DNA of 64,000 bases, the filler included, from Sphacelaria rigidula (taxonomy: Eukaryota), in assembly GCA_964200075.2 (NCBI GenBank). It is 3 parts of 3 records of this genome, joined end to end, with 100 filler letters (N's around TTAATTAATTAA, not from the genome) between each part and the next. Parts side by side here need not be neighbours in the genome. Positions count along the whole stretch, not along the records: positions 21,811 to 43,512 come from CAXNAA020000394.1; positions 43,613 to 64,000 come from CAXNAA020000534.1; 1 more part is not named here. One strand, written 5' to 3'. The notes under the pieces were generated by a model. It worked only from the letters and a program-made list of their open reading frames with translations, was not told where the DNA came from and made no database searches. The translations under genes and the position numbers were made by a program. Positions 37,901 through 51,600 of this stretch are shown piece by piece (the stretch's first letter is position 1; every line of letters begins with the position of its first letter).

Positions 37901-40900
37901 TTGGCGCTATGTGGTGTCTGGCGGTATTCGTTGAGCGCGACCGAGAACGGTTCGTACCGTCACACTGCGGCCATTACATCCAAGCATGATATTTTTGCTC
38001 ATGCCGCCTTGCAGCTGAAACAGTTGCTCTCGCTCCTTATCCTCACCTCTTACGCAGGCTCACGAGCGGCGGCGAATAGATGGTCCTCGCCCAAATGTGT
38101 ACCAAGAGTGCTTTTTGGAAGCGGAGGCGAAGGACCAGACTAAAACGGTGAGCCTGGGTGTCTGTCCATGGGTGGCTGTTTGTCCAGAGTTTTGTCGCTG
38201 CTTTTGTATTTCACGATTGTATCGCATTATATCGACTGGTATATACATGTCGGCGACTTTCCTCACAGGTGATTGGTTGCCTTTGGGAAGAAACGTACTG
38301 TATGGGATACGGTATGGCACAAAACGCTGAATATCAGCCCCCTGTGACACGGTGTAACACACATACGCTGAATACCACCCATCAAGAGATAATCTGCGAC
38401 GTATTCAGCCGTGATTATTATCCACAAGATCAACGTCCCCAAGGCGAAATGAACGAAAGCAAGCTTCGAAGGGAACTCCAGATTGAGTAAATATGAAATA
38501 TGGGGAAGAAAAAATGGAGGAAACAAGCTTACTAAGCAGAAGCCGCGAAGGACAACAAACAGCAAAGAAAGAGATGGAGAGAAGAGGGAAGCGAAAGAAA
38601 TGGAAGAGGCAAAAAACAAGGAAACGTCGGGCTCAGGTCTAGTATCGGTCCCGACAAAAACAAATAAACCAAGGTTATGTTCTGTAGGGCACGGTTTTCT
38701 GTATCTGTATACCCGTGGTATCTTCCCGGGTATTTACCGTACCTTACAGTTCCTCAAACACTGTAAGACTTTTATACCGGTACTCGACAGTTCTGTAATC
38801 TCTGCAAGACTTTTATACCCTGACCCGATAGTTCTGTGAGTTCTGTAAGCCTCCCGTACCGTTGCCGGGGGGCACGGGTATGCTCTCGACAAGACGCCCG
38901 GTTGCGGGCACGGTTTTCTGTGCAATCTATATACCCTACCCGACAGTTTATGTGAGCTCTGTACAAAATATCTACCCGTACCCGGAGCGCGGGTATGCTC
39001 TTGAAGAAATATCCGATTGCCGGTACGGTTTTTCCGAAAGCCTCCCACACCGTACCCGACAAGTTCTTGAATTTCTTCAAGACTTTTATCCAGTACCGGT
39101 ACACGACAGTGTTGTAATTTCTAGATGACATTCATACGGTACCCGGTATATCCATAAGTTATGTAAGCAATCTCATACCCTACATAAAATACCCGTACCC
39201 TGCAGAACACAACCTTGGAATCAACTGCAGGCCCCTGTCGCATGCGTCCGGAAAGGCGGCGATACCGAAAGTTCGTACTTTTTTGGTGGCACAGTACCAG
39301 TACCTACAGTACATTTACCGGATTTCGTCGTGGTGTATCACTCCATTACCACCAGGTGACGAGTTGTGGGATCGCAAAAACTGACTCAGCCCCCGGTCGT
39401 GTAGCTGGTACCTGTTGAGTCGGTGAGGTCAGAATGGCTCAGGGTGTACTCATTTGTTGCTTGCCTCAGTCGTTTGACCATTGACCACGCATCCATTTCG
39501 AGACGGAGCACCGTTCCTACTCCATATAGAGACACCTTCAAAATTTGGGCGCTCATTTCATTTCTTACAACCACATATTTATCCTCTTCCTGTTCGCCAT
39601 CTGCGGGCTACCATCTATCTCATCTATCTCCTTGTACAACGATCATTGTCTTGCCAGTTTTTACTTCACCAAACGATTTCGTTTGTCACAGTATTTTTTT
39701 TTGTTTCCTCATCTTCTCGACGAGAGTAGAGGCGGTGCAGGAGTGCTGATCCAGTCCGCAACGCCAACATGTCGGGGCGTTAATCGGGTGTGGTATCCTT
39801 TGACACCCCGAAAGTACGGACTCGCATCCCGAGGGAGGGGAGGCACTTCCTGCGATAGCCCCCCCCAAAAAAAACAAGAATAAAAACAACCTCAAACTAT
39901 CACGAAAAAAAGGGTCATACAGCGCCTGATGTTTGGTTTCAGGCTGCGTGAAGCGCCTCATATGGGCGATATTGGCGAGAACGAACTCAGGTTTGGGAAT
40001 TCCCAGCTGCTCGTTGTGCTCGGCTTTTTTCATTTCGATTTACGTGTAGATGTTGTCTCCCCAAACCATCCACGTTTTTTGGGGGGGCTATCGCAGGAAG
40101 TGTCGGGAGTGGTTGTAGAAGAGTATGACGAAGAAGGAAGAAAACAATGTGATATATAAATGCACGTATATGTCGATACGACACCTGGCTGTACCATGTT
40201 ACTAAATATTCCCAACCATGCTGATGTAGGTATTGAGTGTCGTAACTCCGACAGCCGAACGTCACGGAATGCACACGCCGCCGACTTGGTAAAATAAAGT
40301 CTAAAGAGGCCCTTCTCCCCCGGGCGGACGGTTTTCATGCGTTGGATATCCACCCCCAAGCGTGCTACAATTTGCACTTCATTTCAATTCTAGCTGGATC
40401 CGGGGCACGTGTACACGGTGTGTGGTGGCTTGCATTGGGTCACTCATGCTCGAGCGCCGCTGCTGCTCCTGCTGCTACTCCTGCTGCTACTCCTTTGCGC
40501 GAATCATTTGACAGTCTTCGGCGACGGCGGCAATACCTGGGGGGAACGGATCCGAAGGAGGGAAATCTGAGGACGGAGGAGGGGGACAAGACGGCTGTTT
40601 CAAGTGGTTGAAAGAGATTGACACCGACGTGCTCCGCACGTGCCCGGCCGACACAGTACCCGTCTCGCACGAAAATCAACCCTTAGCCGGCGGCGACACC
40701 GGCGGCAGATGGTACATAAATCGGGGTCGAACGGTTGCGGCGACACATGTGCCGGACGGCGAAGGGAGAGGAGGTGCTGGGGGAGCATCGTCGGTTGCCA
40801 ACACGAGTGTTGAGGGGGTGGTCGACGAAGGAGCGGAAGGTTGTTCTGAAGCGGTCTCTTGGAGCCGTAGTACCAGCGGAGGCGGGACACGGGATAAACT

Positions 40901-43286
40901 GCGGCGTCTGTTGCGGGCCTTCGCCATACACAACCGGAGGGTTTCGTACTGTCAGGTATGTCGGTGCGAGGTGGGGTGAGGTCCGTATCCTCAATGACCG
41001 CTGTTTTGGACCGTGAGCGTTGGGCGGAGAACGGACGGAGGAAGTAAGGTGATCATTGACCGTGTAGAAGGACGACGTTGGAGTATCACAGCGTGGAAGG
41101 GTGATTCTTTTAGTTGATGGTGACTTTGGCCTTGACTCTTCACCTGTCAATGCCATCCCTGTTTGATTACCTTCTGTCAGGGCATGAATTTCGTTGCGCT
41201 TGCCTTGCTGGATGCTTGTTCTGGAGACGACGAGCAAGCGTTTTGGATCCTTTCGGGAATGTGCGACCGGTTAGAGCTAGAGGTGAGCATTCCCGTTTTC
41301 GTGTGTGTGTGTGTGTGTGTTGGATTGCGGCCGGGGAGGTTGGTCGACCGTGACCACCTATATCCAGCTCAGTATCCTCTGCAACGAGTGCATGCGTCAG
41401 GGTGTTGGATCAGAGCACACTCGGCAGATTCAGCAATTGCAGAGGTGATCGATACCACGTCACTTGCTGATGCCACATGCTGAGTCCCACACCGCGTCCC
41501 GGCGGTGTGTCGGTCCAACTGACAACCGTTGAGGTGGAAAGAACGCGAGTCCGATTCCTACCATATGTGTTTGGGTTTTCCCTTCACCGCATCTGATTTC
41601 CGTCGTTGAATGAATGAGGACATGAGTACAAGAAGAGTTCGTTTGACTGAGTTTGTTTGGTGAGAGCCGACGCGATGCGGGAGTGCTGGTCATTATCTAG
41701 CCGCAAGACCGGAATGCATAGCGTGTACCTGAGAGAGATGGGTTGGTCCCTCGAGACCACTAGACCATTAGACGACGGACTCGTCCAGGGAATAGCGAGG
41801 AATTGAAAGTGTGACCGAAAAACCAGCAGAAGCTCGTGCAGGCGTGAAATCCGCTGCGATAGTACTGCTGCGCGTAGCTCCACAGACGTTCGTACTGTAA
41901 CCAAACTCACGATACCTGCGCTGTGGGTGCTCGTTCATCACAGTCTTGCTTAACCTCCCCTCCCCCCGCCGCGTTATCATTTTCTGACTTCTTTTTTTTC
42001 CAACTCCAGGGGTTGTGGTGCCAGGGTCTGGAACGGCTCGACTTTTGCTTTTTCGCACTGGATCAGTTGTTGCTGCGCCATTGCCCGTCGCTTCGACAGC
42101 ACCTTGCTGATGAGGGTGTCCAATTGAGTATGTTCACCAGCCGCTGGTTTGTGACTCTCTTCACCTGCAACGACGTGTTTGGGCGGGGCACGTCGAGGAA
42201 GGTGATGGCAGGACGGTTGAAGCTTTCGTGTGTGCTTGAGAGGCCGTGTCGATGGAATAGTGTCCCTGTTTTGGCAAGGAATGTCATTATTCCCCCCCCC
42301 CCCCTTCTTCCGCCTAAAACTGGAGTACTGCCCTAACCCTACAGGACATCTTAAGAGGACGAGTTGATGCTGGCACATACTCCTGCTCTAGCGTGTACGG
42401 TAGTCACCACTCAAACGGATACGTTTATTCGCATGGAGTATTTTTGCAGTTTTTTTTTTCATTCGTACTCGAACGTTCTGTAATCGGTAGGCATCGAGAG
42501 GAGAAACGAAGCGTTAACGGGAAATGCTTACCGGCTGCTCTGTGTTGTCGGTGAAATACACCATGGAAACCACATTTTCGTTTGGGAGGGGGGGGGAGGG
42601 GTTGGTATCCGCAGTTTTAGCCCCTAAACACGGTTTTTGGGCAGTTTGATTGATTGGCAGTAGCACAACGAATAGCGATCAATGACGAAACTTGTGTCTG
42701 GGCGACTGTTAAGGAGAACGATAGGGATTGGCTCGCTAGAGCGAACGTATCAAAGAGGTAAAAACTGGGCTTGGGTACTCGTAGGACCCCCGGTGACCAG
42801 TTAACCCGTAAGTCGTCCCGGATTTATCGTAGAATGGTTACACTCTCAAGCTCCAGCGTGATTGAGCAAGTCATGGGGAACGGGAAAAAGGTGGGGAATC
42901 GCAGTCAGTCAGAGAAGTCTGCCTTTGAAAGGTATACCGTTACAGCTTCATGTCCTTGCTGACGAAAATGACATCGTGGTGGGTAATTTCGATAAGCTCT
43001 CGGTGAGGTTGGGACAACATTGTCCTAAAAAATCACATGTGGCAATTTACGGCGTCCTTGGCTACATCCCGTTGTGTTTTCATCTCTGCGCGCCCCTGCA
43101 TCTCTTCTTGTTCTGGAGAGAGGCCGCGGGGTGCTCACGTGTGGTTCCCTTCTTTTTACTTTGTCCTCCTCTTGCTCTCGCCGTTTTCGTTTTCCGCAGA
43201 TCTTGGATATGTTTTTGGTGGAGAGGTGGCCGCTGATCTTCAAGGTCTCTCTGGGTGTGCTCCTCGAAATGCGACCTCTGCTAGAG
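28984..43286 (+). CDS. TBC-domain Rab GTPase-activating protein with N-terminal BAR-like coiled coil, long disordered region and F-box-like motif; 12 exons, 3' end lost at the linker
   Basis: Exons 28984-29011, 29340-29467, 31081-31347, 32151-32198, 32639-32905, 34596-34703, 35052-37718, 38058-38147, 40515-40955, 41181-41282, 42010-42201, 43200-43286, all GT-AG and phase-matched. TBC motifs: GVPSSMRARFY, EIDTDVLRT (Arg finger), SYCQ-GMNF (Gln finger), QAFWIL, FTSRWFVTLFT, ILDMFLVERWPLIFKVSL. Confidence 0.88.
30361..30509. repeat. Tandem duplication, ~75 bp x2
   Basis: GGTATATC.AGGAATATACGCATGGGCTGTTTG...AAAGCGAACTGCCATGGTTGG occurs twice head to tail. Confidence 0.85.
38669..39218. mobile_element. 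MITE with TIR CCAAGGTT(A/G)TGTTCTGTAGGG and GTACCC-rich interior
   Basis: Left CCAAGGTTATGTTCTGTAGGG; right CCCTGCAGAACACAACCTTGG. A second copy in opposite orientation lies at 51451-51968. Confidence 0.75.
39450..39690 (-). mobile_element. Degenerate LINE 3' end, same family as 13620-13960
   Basis: TTGACCACGCATCC...GGAGCACCGTTCCTACT...AGAGACACCTTCAA is the reverse complement of 13870-13930. Confidence 0.55.
39844..40102. mobile_element. MITE with CACT-ended TIRs
   Basis: CACTTCCTGCGATAGCCCCCCC at the left end and GGGGGGGCTATCGCAGGAAGTG at the right end form a perfect 22-nt inverted repeat. Confidence 0.7.
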
Positions 43287-43512
43287 GTACGTGACACCGG
43301 GTTTGGATCATGATTATTTATCATGCGTTTGCCACTGTCGGTGACTGCTGCAGCTAAATAATAGTGCACGCGTGCTGCTGGCATCGTGGGTCTTTCGTCT
43401 GAGGAATGTCGCGCCAGAAATGAAGGCTTACCCCGTGTATCTCACCATTTGTCATTCTCCAGCTTATCCCCCCCCCCCCCCCCCCCCTCCCCTTTTCCCT
43501 CTCGTGTTCCCT

Positions 43513-43612
43513 NNNNNNNNNNNNNNNNNNNNNNNNNNNNNNNNNNNNNNNNNNNNTTAATTAATTAANNNNNNNNNNNNNNNNNNNNNNNNNNNNNNNN
43601 NNNNNNNNNNNN
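43513..43612. other. Artificial assembly linker (N44-TTAATTAATTAA-N44)
   Basis: Identical to 21711-21810; truncates the TBC gene. Confidence 0.95.
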
Positions 43613-44472
43613 TGACGTATCATTATTTGTCCTAACCGTGAAATATTTTAGTTCGTCATTCGAACGTATAAGATGAGCATCATAAGCGATAATATTCCAC
43701 GTGCAAACAAGCAAGCAGAAAAAAAGCGATGAGGGGGGGGGAGGGGGGAACGAGGGGTCGCAGGAGGCACACGATATACACACCAATGTGCCAAAATACC
43801 GATGTAATAACCTTCCATATTACTACACCATAAATACTGCGAAATTGCCGGGTGCTCTGGATAAATAAATACAACTACACATAAACGGACAAACCCTACT
43901 CGTGCGTACTACTGCACCTGCTCTCACGTACTACTGTAATACGTTCGAGCCAGTAAGTACGGCCTTACCTCCTCGAAATTGAAATCGAATCATTCAATTT
44001 CAACTCGGCACATACTACAACATTATTTTCAGAGGGCTTCAGTCTCTGCACCCGCGTCAACAACCACGAAAATCACCACGCGGCACCCATGATCGATTCA
44101 TGGATTAGGTGTCTAACCCTGTCAGCTGATTAAAACAAATCCAGCTGTGATGAGAGCGGAGAGTACAAAAGTATGAAAAATCATGCAAATGTCCGACAGC
44201 AGCAAGGAAGAATTTCACGTATTGCACGTTAGGAACGAAAACAAAACTTGGCCGAACAAGATGCTACATGCATCGCTCAAATAGCATATGGACCCAGGCA
44301 TGTCGCGTCAGCTGCCTTTCATGTGGTTCTCGTTCTCTCCCTTGGTACGGGGTGCACTGTGTTCGGGTGGGGGGAACTTCCAACCTGGGGCACACTAAAA
44401 CTTTGACTGCTCAGCTTGCGCCCGGATCTCAAGCGCTTCGCACTGCCAGATGACAGGTTTGAATTCGATATA

Positions 44473-44818
44473 GAGGGTAAGACAGGTACCAGGTATCGTT
44501 GCTTGGGACATCTCATACCCTACCGATACGGACCCAATCCGGTATTTCAGATGCCATACCTACGATATCTACCATACCAGGGTATTTTGAAATTCCAACA
44601 CCTGCCGTACCCGCCCAATCCGGTATTTTCAAATGTCATACCAACTATACCTGTGATACCACGGTATTTCGAGATTTCGCTATTTACCATATCTGCCAAA
44701 TCCGGTATTTGAAATGCCATACCTACGATACCTACGCATACCACGGTATGGGATACCCCCGGTGAATACCGGAGGTACGCTCGGTACGGTACCTACCTAT
44801 GGTGCCTGTGAAGTCCTC
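44473..44818. mobile_element. Probable MITE with internal tandem subrepeats
   Basis: Imperfect TIR GAGGGTAAGACAGGTACCA / TGGTGCCTGTGAAGTCCTC; internal repeats of AATCCGGTATTT...ATGCCATACC. Confidence 0.5.
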
Positions 44819-45621
44819 ATCTGCTGATAGTAATAAATGATGGTTGAGGTCAGGGTCGCTTTTTGTTCTCCGACATTTCGGTTCAAAACCTCCACGTGTG
44901 CGTGACCCGTGGTGTTGGTACCTACGGCACAGCCGCTACGTGGGGTAGCCGTGGCTCACCACTAGTCATCATCATTTCATTACGTTCGTAACATTGGCTC
45001 TATCTCTCAAATCCGTGGTCACAAGTGCAAGGAGCATACCACCCATACCCACATATCAAACAGCCTGCAGAGGAAGGCAAAAAACGAAACATCTACACGA
45101 AAAGGGCACCTACACTACGAGAGATCCGTATAAGACCGATTGAACTACAGGACATCTACTTGAACCTTAAAAATCCCCGCGTGCGATCTCTCCGAGTACG
45201 TTGCCACGTACTGGTGTATACACAAGTAGTGACAGCGAGTGAGACCGAAACGGTGGCGTAGAACAGAGACCAAGCCCAAAGTAGATCTCATCTCTAGAGT
45301 GGTGTTCAAAGAGATCCTCTACAGAGCCTGCGCACCGGAGACTGAACTACGTCCAGGAAAAACAAGAATAAAAAAAGGAAGAGACGACGACAACGAGGAG
45401 GGAAAGCCAGGAGCTACGATTACCACGGGTTTTGGTGAAGTACGAGACAGTAAAAATCTACAGGCCCTTTCCCCGCACACGTGGGCAGTTGATTTGAAGT
45501 CACCAGGGCACAGCACCGCGTCGGTCGCCCTGCCGGTTGATCCACACGGTCATTATTTGGCAGCGAAAACAGGGCGGGGGGGGGGGGGGGGGCGGGGAAA
45601 GTGGCCGAACGCCTGGATTCC

Positions 45622-48600
45622 TCATTCCTTTCCTGGTGCCGCTTCCGGTGGCTGCTCTCCCGATGCAGCAGATGCAGATGCGGCCGTCGCTGCATTTGCC
45701 GCTGCCACCGCGCTCGACAAATCCGAACTAGAGGAAGTACCGCCGCCCCCACCGTCACTAGCACCAGCAGCACCTTGACTGGTGGAAGCAAATGACGCGA
45801 CTGATCCGGGGTTAGAGCCGTACACCACGGACTCTGGCATACTGGCATTGCCGGCAAGTGGCATGATGAGCGGAGCCTGCCCGGGCGCGGGGGCGGGTTG
45901 CGGGGCTGCGACCGTGTCGGAGTCAACGCGGGTGTAAGCCTGGGATTCATAGACACAGAAAATGCAGGCATGAGGACAAGGGCGACGGATAAAAGATGAA
46001 GGAGCGGTCTGACCTATTGGTAACATTTTACACAAAAAGTGATCCCCGCTGCTCGAGCTGTCTAGATGACAACATGAACTATATATGTCACACGAGTACC
46101 ATTCTAGATGGTACCTTACGATTGTGGCTCGAGCAAAAATGAGGTATACATGCCCTGTAAGAAAGAGGTGGATTTCACCCGCAGTTGTTCCTTCGGTGAT
46201 TAATGTCGTCGGAGAAACTTGACAGGTCTGAAAACCTTCATCGACGGGTGATGTGACCCATGGGCACAAGGTACATGGGTGACAGCATCCGGGACATATT
46301 TGAACTGTCAGAAAGAGATACTCGATCTCCGAAAAGACTGGCAGTCGAGATGGCCCGAAACGACAAAGGTTCCTATGCTTTTTGACTGGTGGGTCTCTTT
46401 CGGAACGAAACCATCAGTAGTTGAAGGCTTCCTCTTATCCGGAATAGCCAATCTTCTTGAGGTCAACTTGGTTGTCAAAGATCACTTGACCATCACACGT
46501 GATCCTGAGGTCGTAGTTGACCAAAATCTACCAGTGGGGAAAAACGCTTTGCTTTTTCTCTAATCGGACAACGAAGGACTTGAATATGAGCCGCGAACCC
46601 TTTTAGTCGGACAAACTTTTTTGAAAAAATAAACAAAATAGACAAATATGAAAATTACACGGGAATGAAGACACACACGGACAGACACATTAACGAGCGT
46701 TTCGACGGACAGAGGTCCGAGTCGCGTCCTCACTTGTTTGGTGTATCCGGACGGATCCTTGACTCCATCGTGACTTGACGTGTCCGAGTCCATGCTCACC
46801 CGGCTGCCCAATGGCTTCGTGGGATCGAACTAGTCGTGGCAACAGAGGAAATGACAAGGACAAATTCACGTTTGTTTTTTTCAAAAGACGACAGGTGGGC
46901 GGCAACAACAACAGCCAGTGTAAGCTGTTGCAACAATCGACCACTGGGGTAATTAAATGCAAGCAAATGCCAAGCGACGGTTGACGAGATTGGACTCATC
47001 GACGAAACAGCACGGGCAGAGGTTTCATAATGTGGCCTCATGTCATGCGGTGGGGGAGCGAGGGATACGATTCAGACAGGGGTAGATACGAGAAAAAGTT
47101 CTGAGACTGGGGCAGGGAAAGAGCAAGAGAGAGGGAGGGAAGTTCGACAAAGACCTGCAGGTTAGTACAATGGGCAACGGTAAACAAACCTTATCCCTCA
47201 ACTCTCGAAGGATACGAGCATATGAAGTGAAAGAGAATGGTCAGTAGAAACATAGCTGCTACATTGCGGTCGACGGACAACTCAGCTCAGCGTCGGCACA
47301 ACCAGTAGCGCAAGCCGCTCGACTCAATCGCAACACGAGTCTCTTTTCCTTTTATCGGATTACTGTACAGACACGTAGCAGCCAAAAATCGTTCTGGCTT
47401 CGAGCTTTCATGTTGCCGAGCGTCAGAAAAGTATCCCCTGTTCAAAATACAGTGTACAAGTTGTTTTTTTTCCATCTGTATGCCCCCCAATTCATCAATC
47501 GACTCATCACTCGACGGAGCATTCCGTCCAACAGTGCACAAAATCTCAAGACAGTTCATGTACACGGATCATCCGCTCCGCCACATTAACGACATGCCCT
47601 GTCGCGCGCCCCACCCCACCCTTTACGTCCTCCTTCCCGGCGGCACTCCCACCTGAACTGGGTAGCCGGTTTCAGACTTGTTCATACCACCCCTGCTTTG
47701 GATGCACTCTGTGATGTTGGCCACAGCGTGCACCATTTGCGCCTCGGTGTTGGTGCGGAAGGTGATATGCTTCTTGTTGCTCAGGATAGTCTTGCCCTGT
47801 TTCGTGCCTTTCACCTGCCCAGAATATGAGTTTCGAATGGCAATATTCCATCATAAACCGTACAATAAGGTACGGAATGGGAATGGGCTGTACTCACATC
47901 CTTCATATCTTAACTCTCTTGACACCTCCCTTCCTACCCGTCCTTCTCTCTAGACTCCTGGGGCGGCGTCGAGTGGCGACTACACTGTAGAACGTCACCA
48001 TACATAGACCGGAGGCTGACAATTGGCCATAAACGATTCGCAGGACCACACGACATTTTTTGTTGTACCATACTACAATACAGACCGGATATCAACATGA
48101 AATAACGAAGCCAGCAATTTATTTTTTCCCTTCCCAGAACACAGCCTGGACATGGACAGAAAAAAAACGGAAATAACATCTCCTACTTTTTTCACACCAT
48201 AAAAGAAACAATCAAGATTCTCTCCGCCACATTGAACGAAAGTGAGACATGAAACAACGACCAAAACCCAGCCATGCAACTATGAACTGGCTGACCATCT
48301 TCAGCGAAAAACAGAAAAAATAGGGAAGATACAAGGGGAGGTCGAGTAGAGTATACTCAATTGCGGGGTATTTTGGAAGACTCACTCGAGGTAATGAAAT
48401 TAGGGTCACCTCTTACAAGTCGTACCCAAAAAAAACTGGAGAGCGATCCCTGAAAACCCCATCCCCGAATTGTGTACTTATAGTACGACTTTCAGAATGC
48501 CCCGCAATTGACGATACTCTACTAGACCTGCCCTTGTAAAGATATAATAGATACAGATGGAGTAAGCTCACCCCACCACGTTAAATTCATATGACGGTTG

Positions 48601-51600
48601 GGTATTGTGGGGAGACACCAGTACACCGTACCGCTTACCTTTGGGCGGTGGATATCTGGTCACAGTACCCTTGAGCGTCGGTCCAAGTTAATTGAAACTT
48701 GTCTCGGAAAAACAGAAAAGAGGTTCCGAGACAACATTATGTGAGAGCACCACTCCATTGATTCTCAACCGACCAATACACAACCCCAGTTCCTCCATAA
48801 TCATCAAGTCCTCCATCGATGACTACTCCACAGGTGAAAAATAAAGAAACAGCAAGTGCGGCATCAGCCGCGCGCCTCACCTCGAACTTGTGGCTCTTGG
48901 AGCTCTTGATGATCTCAACGATGGATTCCTCATCCAGAGCCAGCGTGTAATTAGCTTTAATCAGCAGGGCGTCTTCCACGCTCTTCCTCTGAACCAGCTC
49001 GTCGAGCTACACACACAACATGAAAAGCGGCCGCAGTTGCAGATGAAAAAACCGTGAAAAACGATAATGATGTAAAAACAGCCTAGGTGCAAGCAGAACC
49101 TGATTATTCAACAGTATATACAGGTCAACCAGCTGTCACAAGAGGACGGTGCAGATATCCTTGCGAAAATCCATTGCAATCCCTGCCCGCAAAAAACGTA
49201 CCCCGAGAATGGACGGTCCCAACTGTCAGTTTATTATTTCGAGGTCGATGATCCCGTCAGAGCTGAAAGAATACTTCCTCTGTCCCATAAGTAAACAACG
49301 TCAGGATTACACTGACTCTTGACCTTGTCCTTTGCCGTAGGTGATGATTTTTTTGGAATCTCTGGTGTTTGATACTTGCATCCCATTTTTTTTTTTTCGC
49401 ACTACTTGGCATGGACGAACGGCCCAAAACACACCAGTTGGCCGAAAAGAAGCCCTATTCCGCCCCTTTTTCCGGAAAGCTGAGAACAACGGAATCGCGG
49501 AAAAATGGCCAAAATCGCGAACAAAACGGAACGTGACTATTTTTCTCCGATTTGTCGTTTGTGTGACACCTGCGTGTCGTCCAAAACCCCTCGGGCACGT
49601 AGCAGCCTTCGTTTACTACAAAACAGACCAATTTCGTCGAATCTACGCCGACAGTGGTTTACACTAGTCGAAATTGGTCACATTTGGTCATTTTCGACCC
49701 AAAAATTCTCAGAAAGTACGAGTCGGAATTTGTTTGTTTTTTTTCTGTGGTCATCGCCATGGCCAGAGCTTTCCAGCGAATTTAAGTACAGCAAAATGGG
49801 CACATGCATCGGCAAGATACGATCTGCCGCCCACAACGTAGTTGACTTATGGGACAGAGGAAATATTATTGAAGGGTGGCGCAAGTCAAAACATTGAAGG
49901 TTTCAAATCTGAGAGCGCACACAATTGGTGGGTGAGGAAAGATGAAGAGTGGACAGGGCAGGAGGCGGTAAGCTGTGTCGTTTTCCGCCGCAAGTGGTGA
50001 GCGCACAAGAGCTCGCTACCCCCGACGAGGATAGTCAATGAACAGCATTTCGCGAAATAAGAAAATAATCGGCGCGAGGATGGATGAACATCAGCGAAGG
50101 TACAGGGGGATGAAGTTCACGGTGCGGCATGATGCCTAACAAGAGCGACAGGCAGGACCTCTGGTCCTGTCCTCCCATTCGCGAAAAATTGTAAAACAAG
50201 AACAAAAAAAAACGGAGAGGGACACGGAGGATACATGGCGCTCCTCGACTGTGACAAATAATTAGTGAAGCTATTACACCATAACTGTCAACAACAACAA
50301 CAGCAGCAAGCAACAGAAGTACCCCCAACCCCCCTCCGCTCCTCGTTTTTCCCCGCTCATTGAAGCAAATAACCACTTACTGTGATGGACGGAGAGATCT
50401 CTTGGAACGCGGCCGCGGGCGAGACGTCTGTCTTCATACTGGAAGACTCTGGCATGTCGAAGAAATGAATGAAGCCGTCCCACGTGAGGATCAACAGCCT
50501 GCCGTGTATACATCGCGGCCCGGGGTGGCGGCGGTCAGCAAGGCGGGAAAATCGTTTCGTTTGTTTCTTCAGATATTTTTCCTGGCGCTTTCTCGGGTTC
50601 GTGTCTCATGTTTCGGCCCCGCACGTATTGCAGCGGCCCCTCAGTACGATCGCTCGACGATGAATTGTGAAACGAGTACTAGGGGTCCGGTGAACTGATT
50701 TCATAAGAGTACGGGCTCGTCCTGGGCACGGAGGGGAGGGGTAGGTAAGGGAGGGGGGTGGAGGAGAATGACCAAACAAGGGAGAAAAAACGGAATGGGT
50801 GGTCTACATCCCACCATAAACAGTGATTTTCTTCGTGCATTAGCATGGCTTGTCCTGGTCCCGCACAATCGGTCTTCTAAAATTATTTACGGCGGCCATC
50901 TTCTTCCGATCACCCATATGACACCGCCAGAATAGCTTTCCACACACTCTCTCCTGTGTTAGCAATAAATCGCTTTCCGGCCTGTACGATGGTTTTCACC
51001 TCGCACGATATTTTCATCTTGCATGATACACGCATACCAAAGTGCCATGCTCAAAACTCACTTTCGAACGATGTCGTTTTCCAATAGCAGAATGGTATTA
51101 CACCTGCCCATCCTTGTTGCCGCCATGAAGTATTCTTCAGCGGCGGCGATTGTACAGTAGACAGTATCGGGCACAAGCTTCCCTTTTCATTTTGGCGTAT
51201 TGGTATCTACAGTTCCTTCGTCGAATTCCTTCGATATATTCGAAGGCGCTTTTTCACGTCTGTTTTCTCGACGTCTTTCCTCAACTGGCACGAGAACAGG
51301 GGGAAACAAGGACGTTTCCGATACGATCTCCACTAAAATGGGCACAAAAAATGTAGACAGAAGACGCTACTCTGAATAAAAAAGGAGAGATGAAAGGCGT
51401 TTCCGAAACTGCTTCGTGCGACAAACCTCGGCACCTGGATAACAAGACCTCCAAGGTTGTATTTTGTAGGGGTACGAATATGTTCTGTAGGGCATGCGAT
51501 TCCTTACAGGACTTACAGATATATTGGGTACCGGCATGAAAGTCTTAGAGAAATTATGTAACTTGTCGGGTACGGTACGGGAGGCTTACAGAAAAGCGTG

